Below, one piece after another: positions 1 through 8,399 of a stretch of DNA of 64,000 bases. Source of the DNA: Polyangiales bacterium (GTDB lineage: Bacteria > Myxococcota_A > Polyangia > Polyangiales > Houyiibacteriaceae). Position 1 is the first letter of the stretch, and each line of letters opens with the position of its first letter. A model generated the notes under the pieces. That model searched no databases. It had not been told where the DNA came from and saw only the letters and a list, made by a program, of their open reading frames with translations. The stretch spans positions 113,745 through 177,744 of the forward strand of contig JBGCFM010000062.1 of the NCBI GenBank assembly GCA_045106895.1, read 5' to 3'. The translations under genes were made by a program, and so were the position numbers.

Positions 1-444
1 GGCTGCCTGCTCTTCGCTCAGGCGACGACGCAAGGTAATGATGCGGACATCCAGAGCGTCCAGGTCAAGAGACTGAGAGCCAGATTCGCGGGCCCAGTCA
101 ATGTAGAGCTGAAACGCCTCAATGGCGCCGCTGAGCTGAGCAAGGCGCTCGTGGCATACGCCAATATTGTACTTCAGCTCCAAGTGCCCGCTGAGTTCGA
201 AGGACGACTCGAACGCGTGCAGCGCTCGTTCATAGTCCGCACGCCGAAAGAACCCTTGTCCTGACAGAAAATGTGCTCGCGCTTCCTCTTCGTTCAGAGG
301 CAACTCAACGTCTCGAGTTTGGGTCTGCGCGCCGCCGTCGCTCGGCTCAACAACGTCCTGCGCAAGCGCTACGACGGTAAAAGCGTGGACCAGGAACGCC
401 ACCGTGGATCCCCCAATGAACGTTCGTATCGAAGCGCACTTCAC
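1..444 (-). CDS. Secreted TPR-repeat protein, runs off the window edge (not in the ORF track)
   Basis: Manual translation from GTG444: MKCASIRTFIGGSTVAFLVHAFTVVALAQD (signal peptide)...EARAHFLSGQGFFRRADYERALHAFESSFELSGHLELKYNIGVCHERL (TPR pattern). Open to position 1. TG-a-TACCGT -10-like box 7 nt upstream. Confidence 0.75.
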   Translation of the reverse strand, partial: MKCASIRTFIGGSTVAFLVHAFTVVALAQDVVEPSDGGAQTQTRDVELPLNEEEARAHFLSGQGFFRRADYERALHAFESSFELSGHLELKYNIGVCHERLAQLSGAIEAFQLYIDWARESGSQSLDLDALDVRIITLRRRLSEEQAA

Positions 445-567
445 CGGGTCGACGGTATCAAAGAACCACCGCCCTCAGTGTAAAGTTCCGACAAGAACGG
501 ACACCCCAGTTGGGTGACGATACAGCCTGCACCGTTCTCGTCCCGCCATCGGCAACACGCCGTAGGA

Positions 568-792
568 TCGGCGATTTTTCGTCCAGCGCGTCGCTGGCAA
601 GGCGCGCAAGGCGACCTCGGGTCGTCGAGTCCTAGAATCACCTCGGCGATTCTTCGTCCTGCGCGTCGTGATCAAGGCGAGCAAGGTGACGGCATCTGTG
701 GATGCCGAGCCGCAGCTCAACGCAGAGCACGGCGTGCAGGGCGGAGAAGCGCGCAGCGCAACGCAGCCAGCGGCGTGCTGGGCGGAAAAGCG
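568..792. repeat. Nested palindromic intergenic repeat (two copies of a REP/MITE-like element, one inside the other)
   Basis: Left arms 568-615 and 643-690 are direct repeats of each other. Right arms 712-751 and 753-792 are direct repeats of each other. Left and right arms are imperfect inverted repeats around the central palindrome GGCATC-tgtg-GATGCC (691-706). Confidence 0.75.
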
Positions 793-2904
793 TCAGCCGT
801 CTTCGGCGGCTTCCGCTTGCACAGCCTCAACCAACTCTTCCGGCAAAAGCCGGAACGCGTCGATGGGCGTTCGACGTCGCCCTCGAATGTTCCCTTCCAA
901 TACATCCACGGTCACCGGGGGCGTCAGCTGAAAGAGGTAACCACGCGTGTTGATTTCAACGTCCACCCGCGCCTCGATGTTCCCAGCAGACTCGACGATG
1001 GAGTTCGGCACAAGTGGGTTAGGAACGACGACCTCTGGCTCATCGCCGCGGACGATAACCTCGCGAAGGTAGCGAGCAGGGACTCGACCGTTGCGGGTGT
1101 GAGCTCGGTGCTCGAGCACGAACGAGGAGAGGCGCACGGCGAGGTGATTGTAGAGACGGTGGCAGCCATGACTGGTGCCTCGAACGATGGAACGGTAGCT
1201 CACGCTGCCATGTACACGAATGCCCTCGTCGATGAGACGAGGCTCTCCCCCTTCGTTGCGCGGGGGCTGCACCAAGTGGTGCATCATCATGACGAGGCCG
1301 TAGGCGCTTCGGTAGCCGGGTCCAAAGATGCTCCGTCGAGGCTCGTAGCCATCCCGTGTTCGTCGCACGAGTTCGTCGTCGGGTGTACTTGGTGGTGGCA
1401 ACCACGTCGGTGAAGCGATGACATCGCGCCAAATCCGCGACCCCGTGGGGGAGTCTTTGTACCGAAGCCCAACGCTCCCGTTCGGGCGCGTCTCCGGCTT
1501 CCAGCCGCCGATGGTCGTGCCCCAACGAAGCAGCGCGATCTCTTGACCCTCGTGTTGGACGTAGAGCGTGGCGATAGGGCGCTCACGAACGCGACCCCCG
1601 ATGGGCCGCCCATCGTCGCGGTAGGGGTAGTGGTAGAACACGTCGCCGCGGTCGATCTCCGCGCGCAATTCCATATGTGCGCTGTGGTAGTCCGGCACCG
1701 CAGGCAGCTGAACCGCCACGCGCTCGAGGTTCGCGTCTCGAATCGCCCGAAGCGCCACAGCAGCGGTGGCGGCGTCGGCGAGACCGAGAGCGTTCGCCGC
1801 CGCTTCCGTCGCCGGCGAGATCAAGTCCGGGGCCGCGCTCGCTGCAGGCTCTCGGCCCGCTTCGAATCGAATCTGCGGCGCGTCGAGGTCATGCCCCAAA
1901 ACCTGCCCCCACGAATGCCCAGCGGAACCGTCCTCGATGAGACCCGTCGCCGCGACGACGCGCTCGCGCAGCACACGAAGGAGGCCCTTGAACTCACTCA
2001 CGCGGCTGTCTTCTGCCAGCGCATGACGCGTCTCTTCATCGAGAAAGCCGGCGGAGACCACCATATGGCGCCGCTGAAAATCGCGCAGCCCTGACGCAGT
2101 CTGACTGCCGAGGACACCTTCTCTCACGCGCCTTGGTCGGCGGAGGAGACCATCGCAGCGGAGGTGAGCCTGCGCTGCTGCTACCGCACCCACCTGCGTT
2201 TGTGCCTCTGCGTAACGTGCGTAGGCGCTCCCATGGGTCGGGTGGTCTTCAAGCTCATCGATGCTGTTGAGCGCCTCATCGCCTTCGACGATGGACTCGA
2301 GGCGGCGCTGTTGCGCGCGTGCCTGGCGAACGCTGCGGCGCTGCTGAGTCGCGCTCGGTCGCCATGCGCGAATCGTATCTTCTTGCCGCTCCAGCCACCG
2401 GTCGTCGATCGCTTCGTGGCACGCATGGCGCTCATCGTCGGCGATGCGTTCCAAGATGACGCGGAACGTCGGAAAGATGCCAAAGAGCTCCAGGTACTGC
2501 TCTTCGTCATACCCCTCCGGGACTTCACGAAGGCGCTCGTCCGCCAGCGCCAAGAAGATTGGGCGATATGGTTGGCTGCCGCCCACCTCAGCTTCCGTGA
2601 AGATGTACGGCGTCCAATCGTCGCTCAAGTCGAGGAGCGTGTAGCCCTGGGCGTCGGCATCGCGAGGGCAGACGCTCCCGCTCTGTTCGCCATCTGCGTA
2701 GAGCGGCACCTCGGCGGTGTCACAGGGAGGAAACTCGGGTTCGCTGGCCTCGGGGGCCTCGGTCTCAACGCCGCCTGTCGCCGCGGCGGATTCATGGGTC
2801 TCCCCAGAGCGCTCGTGCGACGCACGTGTGGTGCCCACACCGCCACCGGTTCCGCAGGAAACGATGAGCAGGGCAACTCCCGAAATAGCGACGCTACGCA
2901 ACAT
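793..2904 (-). CDS. L,D-transpeptidase (YkuD family) lipoprotein with peptidoglycan-binding domain
   Basis: Lipobox LLIVSC; PG-binding-like GVLGSQTASGLRDFQRRH; catalytic motif HGS...SHGCHRL. Confidence 0.85.
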   Translation of the reverse strand: MLRSVAISGVALLIVSCGTGGGVGTTRASHERSGETHESAAATGGVETEAPEASEPEFPPCDTAEVPLYADGEQSGSVCPRDADAQGYTLLDLSDDWTPYIFTEAEVGGSQPYRPIFLALADERLREVPEGYDEEQYLELFGIFPTFRVILERIADDERHACHEAIDDRWLERQEDTIRAWRPSATQQRRSVRQARAQQRRLESIVEGDEALNSIDELEDHPTHGSAYARYAEAQTQVGAVAAAQAHLRCDGLLRRPRRVREGVLGSQTASGLRDFQRRHMVVSAGFLDEETRHALAEDSRVSEFKGLLRVLRERVVAATGLIEDGSAGHSWGQVLGHDLDAPQIRFEAGREPAASAAPDLISPATEAAANALGLADAATAAVALRAIRDANLERVAVQLPAVPDYHSAHMELRAEIDRGDVFYHYPYRDDGRPIGGRVRERPIATLYVQHEGQEIALLRWGTTIGGWKPETRPNGSVGLRYKDSPTGSRIWRDVIASPTWLPPPSTPDDELVRRTRDGYEPRRSIFGPGYRSAYGLVMMMHHLVQPPRNEGGEPRLIDEGIRVHGSVSYRSIVRGTSHGCHRLYNHLAVRLSSFVLEHRAHTRNGRVPARYLREVIVRGDEPEVVVPNPLVPNSIVESAGNIEARVDVEINTRGYLFQLTPPVTVDVLEGNIRGRRRTPIDAFRLLPEELVEAVQAEAAEDG

Positions 2905-3000
2905 GAAATCACCATAACGCGGTCAGAAAAATCTGCACAGTTCGGGGGAGAAAGCGCACGTCCGGTGGCAAGCGCAGGCGCCATCGCCTACACAAGCGTT

Positions 3001-4053
3001 GTGCCGGACTTCCCTTTCTTTACGGTCCTCGCGCCGATGGAAGGCGTGGGTCACCCCACATTTCGCCGCCTCGTCGCTGAACGAGGTGGTGTGGACCTCC
3101 TGTGCACAGAGTTCGTACGAATCTCTCGTGCCCCCATCTCCGGGCCGGCGCTCGCTCGCAGCGTTGTCAAAGTCCCGGGCATCCCGCTCTCCGTGCAGGT
3201 GATGGGCAACGACGCCGACAAGATGGCGGACGCGGCATCTCATGTGGCCAAGGCAGGGGCGGACATCGTCGACATCAACCTTGGATGTCCCATGCCGCGT
3301 GTCGTCCGTAAGGGCGTGGGCGCCGCGATGCTAAAGGACCCGGAGCTATTGCGACGCGTGCTCGGAGAGATGCGCGAGTCGTTGGACGCCCTTGGCCTCG
3401 GAACACAGCTCTCGGCGAAGATCCGTGCTGGGTTTGATGACGCAGAAAACGTTGTAGCCATCGCCAAAGTCGTGGAAGACGCCGGCGCGGATTTCATCGC
3501 CGTTCACCCGCGCAGGCGTTGCGACTTCTACGAAGGAGTCGCGGATTGGCGCATCGTTCGCGTGCTCTCGGAAGAGCTCAGCATCCCCGTCATTGGCAAC
3601 GGCGACATCTGGTACGCGAGCGACGCACTTCGCATCGCCGAGGAGACCGGATGCGCTGCCGCGATGATGGGGCGTCCCGCGATGCGTAACCCATGGATCT
3701 TTTCGCAGGTCGCAGCGCTTCGAGCGGGAACCGAGCCCATCGACCCGAGCGGCGAAGATGTTGCGACGTGGCTTCATCATGTGCGCCAGGAGTATGCGAA
3801 GGCGTTCGAAGTCCGCGCGCGTGCAAACCCCTTGGGCAAACTGAAGGAGCTGGTTCGATGGCTCGGTCGCGCCGTGGCAGACGAGGGTGCGTTCAAGAAG
3901 TCTGCGCTTCGTTCCACGAGTGAAGAGGAGTTCTTCGCGCACGTCGACGCCCTCGCGAAGTTCTCCGCCGCGGAGATGGACCTCGACGCACTCGGGAAGC
4001 ACCACTTCGAGGAATCAGGCTCGGCCGTCAGCGACATGGCCGAGGCTTCTTGA
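3001..4053 (+). CDS. tRNA-dihydrouridine synthase (Dus family)
   Basis: LAPMEG, DINLGCP (catalytic Cys), IAVHPR, NGDI and MMGR motifs. Start placed at GTG3001; the ORF-track extension is antisense shadow of the neighbour. Confidence 0.9.
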   Translation: MPDFPFFTVLAPMEGVGHPTFRRLVAERGGVDLLCTEFVRISRAPISGPALARSVVKVPGIPLSVQVMGNDADKMADAASHVAKAGADIVDINLGCPMPRVVRKGVGAAMLKDPELLRRVLGEMRESLDALGLGTQLSAKIRAGFDDAENVVAIAKVVEDAGADFIAVHPRRRCDFYEGVADWRIVRVLSEELSIPVIGNGDIWYASDALRIAEETGCAAAMMGRPAMRNPWIFSQVAALRAGTEPIDPSGEDVATWLHHVRQEYAKAFEVRARANPLGKLKELVRWLGRAVADEGAFKKSALRSTSEEEFFAHVDALAKFSAAEMDLDALGKHHFEESGSAVSDMAEAS

Positions 4054-4928
4054 TGCGCTTGGTCGCAGCGTCGCGCCCAGAGGGCTCATCCAACCAACGC
4101 TACGTCGCCATCATGGACGATGGCTCCGAGGTCGAAGCCGTCGTCTACCGGGGAGACACCCTGTGCATCTCCTCCCAAGTGGGCTGCGCCGTCGCGTGCC
4201 CCTTTTGCGCGTCCGGTGCGCGTGGACTGGGACGCGCGCTAAAGCTCGAGGAGCTGCAGTTTCAGCTCGAAGGCGTCGAAGAAGAAGGCCACGCCATCAC
4301 CAAAGTGACGCTCTCCGGCGTCGGCGAGCCTCTGCACAACCACGAAGCCACGAGCGCGTTCCTTGAGTGGGGCCGTAGTCGAGACTCACGCGTCGCCATT
4401 AGTTTGACGACATCCGGCGGACCCATCGCGCGGCTGCGCACCTGGCTTCACGCTCCGCACAACGGTCTCACGATCAGCGTGCACGCGGGCCGTGAGGCGA
4501 CGCGCAAAGCCGTCGTGCCGGGCGGCCCTTCCCTCGATGCCCTCTTTGGCTGCTTGCGAGACGAACAGCCACGGATGACACGAAAGCGTCGCAAAAAGAC
4601 CGCCCTCGCCTACCTGATGGTGGCGGGGATGAACGATTCAGACGACGAACTCGACGCGTTCTCCGAGCGTGTCCTCGCGTTGCCCCATCCGCCGGCGATC
4701 CATCTCTATGACCTCAACCCCGTGCCGACGTCGGCGCTAAAAGGGGTGAGGCGTGATCGCTATGAAGCCGCGTATGCCCGCCTCCGCGAGCACGGCAACG
4801 TCGTTCGAATGAGCTCCGCCGCGCGCCTCGAGGCGAACGGCGGATGTGGAACGCTCGTCGCGCTCCGGGTGGAGAAAACTCGCGCCGAACGAGACGCTAC
4901 TCGGCAGGCTCGAACACAAACCACATGA
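4053..4928 (+). CDS. RlmN/Cfr-like radical SAM methyltransferase lacking the N-terminal accessory domain
   Basis: CISSQVGCAVACPFC (CxxxCxxC), LSGVGEPL, ISVHA, NDS, C-terminal GGCGTL. TGATG overlap with the Dus stop. Confidence 0.85.
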   Translation: MRLVAASRPEGSSNQRYVAIMDDGSEVEAVVYRGDTLCISSQVGCAVACPFCASGARGLGRALKLEELQFQLEGVEEEGHAITKVTLSGVGEPLHNHEATSAFLEWGRSRDSRVAISLTTSGGPIARLRTWLHAPHNGLTISVHAGREATRKAVVPGGPSLDALFGCLRDEQPRMTRKRRKKTALAYLMVAGMNDSDDELDAFSERVLALPHPPAIHLYDLNPVPTSALKGVRRDRYEAAYARLREHGNVVRMSSAARLEANGGCGTLVALRVEKTRAERDATRQARTQTT

Positions 4929-6582
4929 CGATAGGCACGGGGTTGCTCCCGAGGTTCACCATCGCCGCGGGCGATCCCTCTACGGTACCGAAGGTGATGC
5001 CGGCCTGATCTCCTGCGTCTTCTTCGGGGCACGTGACGGTCAATGCGGAAGGGCCCTCATCTTCGTTGAGCGTGCCGTTGACCTGAATCTCGTTCTGGAC
5101 ACCGGTGCGCAGTCCGTCCGTCGGCGCGATAAAGTGGAACGCGCCATCGATGGATACGATGCCTTCGCTTCGCTCGAGCTGGGCGGCGGCGGTGATAGTG
5201 GCGAGCCCGACAAGGCCCGGATCGGGGGTGACAAGAATGAAGCGCTCGATGACGAAGCGGCCATCAGGGAGCGTGCCCGTGGCGTCGAACTCGGGTCCGG
5301 TCTCGACGATCTCCGCGGACTCAACGCTGAGCTCGGTCTCTGGGCTCGCGAAGCACATGCCGGGCTCGTACTCAAGAACCGTGGGTGTTCCGTCGCCGCC
5401 CTGAACGCAGAACGCGCCTTGGGGTGGAGGCGTCACGTAAGTAAACGCGAAGCACATCTCGTCTGCGGTACGCGGTCCAGCGAAGATCGCGTCGTCTGTG
5501 TTGTTCTGAAAGTCGCAGCGGACCGTGAGCTCGTCGCCGGCTTCCAGGTCGATGGGGAGGTTGTAAAAGAGCTGCGTCTCGAAGCTCCAGGAGAAGAGCT
5601 CGAGAATGGACTCTGCGGCTCCCGCGCCGCGCTGGAGAAGCAGGTCAAACGCGGTGCCGTTCTCGTGCATGTGCGGCATCGAGGCGATGGCCCGGACGGG
5701 CTCGGTGATCGTGCAGGTCGATTCCACGGTCTCACTGGAGCGAGCCGGAATGCGGAAGCCGGCGGCACCAGGACCAGGGTCGGCCATTTCGTATTCGAGT
5801 CCTTCCACGGGGCCCACAAAGAGGCGAACGCCGCTGGAGTCTCGGATGCCCTCTAGACCAGGTCCGTTGTTGTAGTGAATCTGGAGTCGAAGGTTGTCGC
5901 CGGGGCGAAGGCGCACGCCACCGTCCGGGAACTCGATGGCGCCGGTTCCCGGTGCCCATGCGTAGAGGTACTTCATGTTCGAGTCGCCCATCGCTGGGTC
6001 CCCGCGGCGCAGAGTCAGATGGTGGACCACTTGGCTCGCGTCGATGACGGCCTCGAAGCGACGAATGAACACGTCTTCTTCTGTCAGGTTCGTGAAGTCG
6101 ATGTCTTCGTAGTCGTCGAGTTGGTCCGGTGCGATGGCCAAGTCACCCGCAAGAACGTCGATGGTCCGTAGTCCCTCGGGTGCGTCGTCCGGCGCGGTGA
6201 AAGGTGTGCGCGAGGAGATCGACGTGTCCTCGATGGTAACCTCACCGCAGCTCGCCCAGCCGGCGATGGCGTTGGCGTGCTCCAGCGTCGGAGTCGCGGA
6301 CCCGCGCGGCGGCATCGTGCCCGCCGAGAGTTGACGGTGCATCTCGTCCACGATGCGCTCCCCCTCGATGCCCGCGGTGATCGCTTGGTAGTCGAGCAGT
6401 GTAAAGGGCGCACCGAAGTCAGGCGTGTCGCCATGACAGGTTCCGCAATTCTCCATGACGAGGGTCTGGACGCTCTCGTTCCAGTCCGCTTCCGAAGGAA
6501 CGCATTCCGCCGCCGGTGTCGTAGGGTCGTCTGTGCAGCCGACGGCGAGGGCAACAGCGAGAAACAGAATCGCGTTCTTCAT
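4897..6582 (-). CDS. Lipoprotein: c-type cytochrome domain fused to a copper type II (PHM/DBH-like) monooxygenase domain
   Basis: Lipobox AVGC; CGTCH...MPP; CuH-like VHH...IHYNN; CuM-like MPHMH...EMC. Confidence 0.8.
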   Translation of the reverse strand: MKNAILFLAVALAVGCTDDPTTPAAECVPSEADWNESVQTLVMENCGTCHGDTPDFGAPFTLLDYQAITAGIEGERIVDEMHRQLSAGTMPPRGSATPTLEHANAIAGWASCGEVTIEDTSISSRTPFTAPDDAPEGLRTIDVLAGDLAIAPDQLDDYEDIDFTNLTEEDVFIRRFEAVIDASQVVHHLTLRRGDPAMGDSNMKYLYAWAPGTGAIEFPDGGVRLRPGDNLRLQIHYNNGPGLEGIRDSSGVRLFVGPVEGLEYEMADPGPGAAGFRIPARSSETVESTCTITEPVRAIASMPHMHENGTAFDLLLQRGAGAAESILELFSWSFETQLFYNLPIDLEAGDELTVRCDFQNNTDDAIFAGPRTADEMCFAFTYVTPPPQGAFCVQGGDGTPTVLEYEPGMCFASPETELSVESAEIVETGPEFDATGTLPDGRFVIERFILVTPDPGLVGLATITAAAQLERSEGIVSIDGAFHFIAPTDGLRTGVQNEIQVNGTLNEDEGPSALTVTCPEEDAGDQAGITFGTVEGSPAAMVNLGSNPVPIVMWFVFEPAE

Positions 6583-6638
6583 GGCGAGCAGGATATGTCA
6601 GCGCTTTCCAGGCTGCACGTGAGATCTGGTGCAGGGCG

Positions 6639-6666
6639 TTGACAAATTGGTCCTACCAATTACAAT
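6639..6666 (+). promoter_or_regulatory. Sigma70 promoter of the GntR gene with a FadR/PdhR-type operator in the spacer; leaderless transcript
   Basis: TTGACA(6639-6644)-16 nt-TACAAT(6661-6666)-6 nt-ATG6673. Palindrome AATTGGTCCTACCAATT at 6645-6661. Confidence 0.85.
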
Positions 6667-6672
6667 CAGGGC

Positions 6673-7359
6673 ATGTCAGCCCTCGCGACCTGCCGAAAAA
6701 GTCTCCAGGACGCGATTCTCAGCGGCGCGTATGCCGCAGGTGAACGTCTACCGGCGGAGCGAGCCCTCGCTGCCGATCTCGGCGTCGGCCGTGTCACTGT
6801 TCGATCCGCTCTCGGCGCCCTCGTGACCCAAGGCCTCCTGGAGACGCGGCAAGGGAGCGGCTACGTCGTCCGCCCGATGCGTGAGGCGCATGCAGGAGCC
6901 TCCTTGCTTCCCGAGTTGGAGCGCCTCGGCACTCTCTCGGTGTACGAGATGGCCCGCGATCTGCTCCGCCTTCGCCGTCACCTCGCCGCGGCGCTCATCG
7001 AGCACTTCACCACCATGGCGACCATCGAAATGACGGCGGTGAGAGATGCGCTTCGAAGTTTCGAGGAACTCGTTCACCAGGGCGCGACACCGCGCGAGCT
7101 AGCCCTTGGCGACGGCCGCATCCTCGAAGCGCTCGTGAGCGCGTCCCGCAGCCTCACCTTCGAGCTGATGCTCTACCCCGTCACGCGTGTGTTGATGGAA
7201 GTGCATGCGCTGCACCCGCTCCTCTACGCCGAGCCATCGTCCAACGTCGTCGCGTATCGCGCGACTATCGCTTGGCTCGAAGGACCACGAAAAAGCCCAC
7301 TCCCCCTCCTCGTTATTCTTGAAGCACGGGACGAAATCAGCCTGCGGAAACTCAAGTAA
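6673..7359 (+). CDS. GntR/FadR-family transcriptional regulator
   Basis: wHTH GERLPAERALAADLGVGRVTVRSAL...RQGSG with an FCD-like helical C-terminus. Confidence 0.9.
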   Translation: MSALATCRKSLQDAILSGAYAAGERLPAERALAADLGVGRVTVRSALGALVTQGLLETRQGSGYVVRPMREAHAGASLLPELERLGTLSVYEMARDLLRLRRHLAAALIEHFTTMATIEMTAVRDALRSFEELVHQGATPRELALGDGRILEALVSASRSLTFELMLYPVTRVLMEVHALHPLLYAEPSSNVVAYRATIAWLEGPRKSPLPLLVILEARDEISLRKLK

Positions 7360-8129
7360 TGCCACCTACCTCAAACTCTCTCGCTTGGTCTGTCGCCCTC
7401 AATATCGCGGAGCGCACGCCTCTACTCCTTCGACCTCGCGACGCCGAGACAAAGCTCCGCAGCTTCGACGCCATCCTCGGCGAGGAGGGTCCAAATCTGT
7501 GGCAGGTGCAGCTGGGGGTCGTTCGCATGCTCCACCGGGTGCTCTTTCGAAGCGAGAGCATCGGAAACTGCAAAGGCCACCCTGTGCGAAACACGTGGCG
7601 CGCACGCATGCTGCATAAGCGCGCGCTGCGTTTACCGGTCCTCGTAGCGCTTCGTGCCGTGGCACCCCTCGACTTCTCTGGGCTGCTTAGTCCGACCTGG
7701 CGTATCCAGCGTCATCTCCTCGCGGCTCACCATGATGGCCTTCAGTTCGTCTACGACTTCGAACTTCTCAAAGCCAGTCCCGGCGCCCTCGATGAGGTCC
7801 GCGCCGACGCGGAGGAGATTGTGAGTGGGCGTGACCCCCGGGCCAACGCTTGGCGTGACGTCGCGATCTTCGAGCGCTATCACGAGAACCTCATCGCAGC
7901 CATCGACGCATTCGAAGCGGGGGAGTTGCGCCTGGGTGATGACGTCGACAACCCTGACCTCACGTTCTTCGCGTTCCTTCGTTGGTGCGCCCGTCAGCCC
8001 GCGAGCGCCGACGAGACGCTTCGACGCTTTCAAGCAGGCGAGTACACCATCGCTGATGGAGTGGCCGCCATCGAAGCTCAGTCCTCGTCGTCTGCGTCTT
8101 CCGCTTCGCTCGCGTGGAGCGGCGTGTAG
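7359..8129 (+). CDS. Hypothetical protein coupled to GntR
   Basis: TAATG overlap; 256 aa with protein-like composition; no family recognised. Confidence 0.7.
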   Translation: MPPTSNSLAWSVALNIAERTPLLLRPRDAETKLRSFDAILGEEGPNLWQVQLGVVRMLHRVLFRSESIGNCKGHPVRNTWRARMLHKRALRLPVLVALRAVAPLDFSGLLSPTWRIQRHLLAAHHDGLQFVYDFELLKASPGALDEVRADAEEIVSGRDPRANAWRDVAIFERYHENLIAAIDAFEAGELRLGDDVDNPDLTFFAFLRWCARQPASADETLRRFQAGEYTIADGVAAIEAQSSSSASSASLAWSGV

Positions 8130-8284
8130 CTGCCCTGAGTCTGGTCGTTGTCTTGGATCTCCAAGTCGGGTGAATCGGGGTCGTTGTAGGTCTCCCAGCC
8201 TGAGTCCGGTCCCCAGCTCGCGCGATTGCAGCCAAAGAGAAGCACAGGCAGGACAAACAGGAGAAGAGCCCGAGTACGTCGCAT
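8078..8284 (-). CDS. Small acidic lipoprotein (68 aa)
   Basis: MRRTRALLLFVLPVLLFGC lipoprotein signal; TACCCT box 6 nt upstream of ATG8284; 3' end overlaps the convergent gene. Confidence 0.6.
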   Translation of the reverse strand: MRRTRALLLFVLPVLLFGCNRASWGPDSGWETYNDPDSPDLEIQDNDQTQGSYTPLHASEAEDADDED

Positions 8285-8399
8285 ACGTCGAGGGTAGCGT
8301 GAGTTTCCGTCGCTGGCATGGGCATTGCTGTTTGTGACGGAGCGCCGTTGGGTTGGACCACCCCGGCACACATTTTTGTACGAACCGAGCTGCTTCCCC

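Noticed and set aside
2164..3000. Apparent long N-terminal extensions making fusion proteins (also 8425-9312, 25790-26662)
   Set aside because: They overlap real genes in another frame or on the other strand; family homology begins at the downstream starts used.
4053..4928. Cfr resistance methyltransferase or canonical rlmN
   Set aside because: The missing N-terminal domain and altered MGMGEP motif do not allow either symbol to be assigned.
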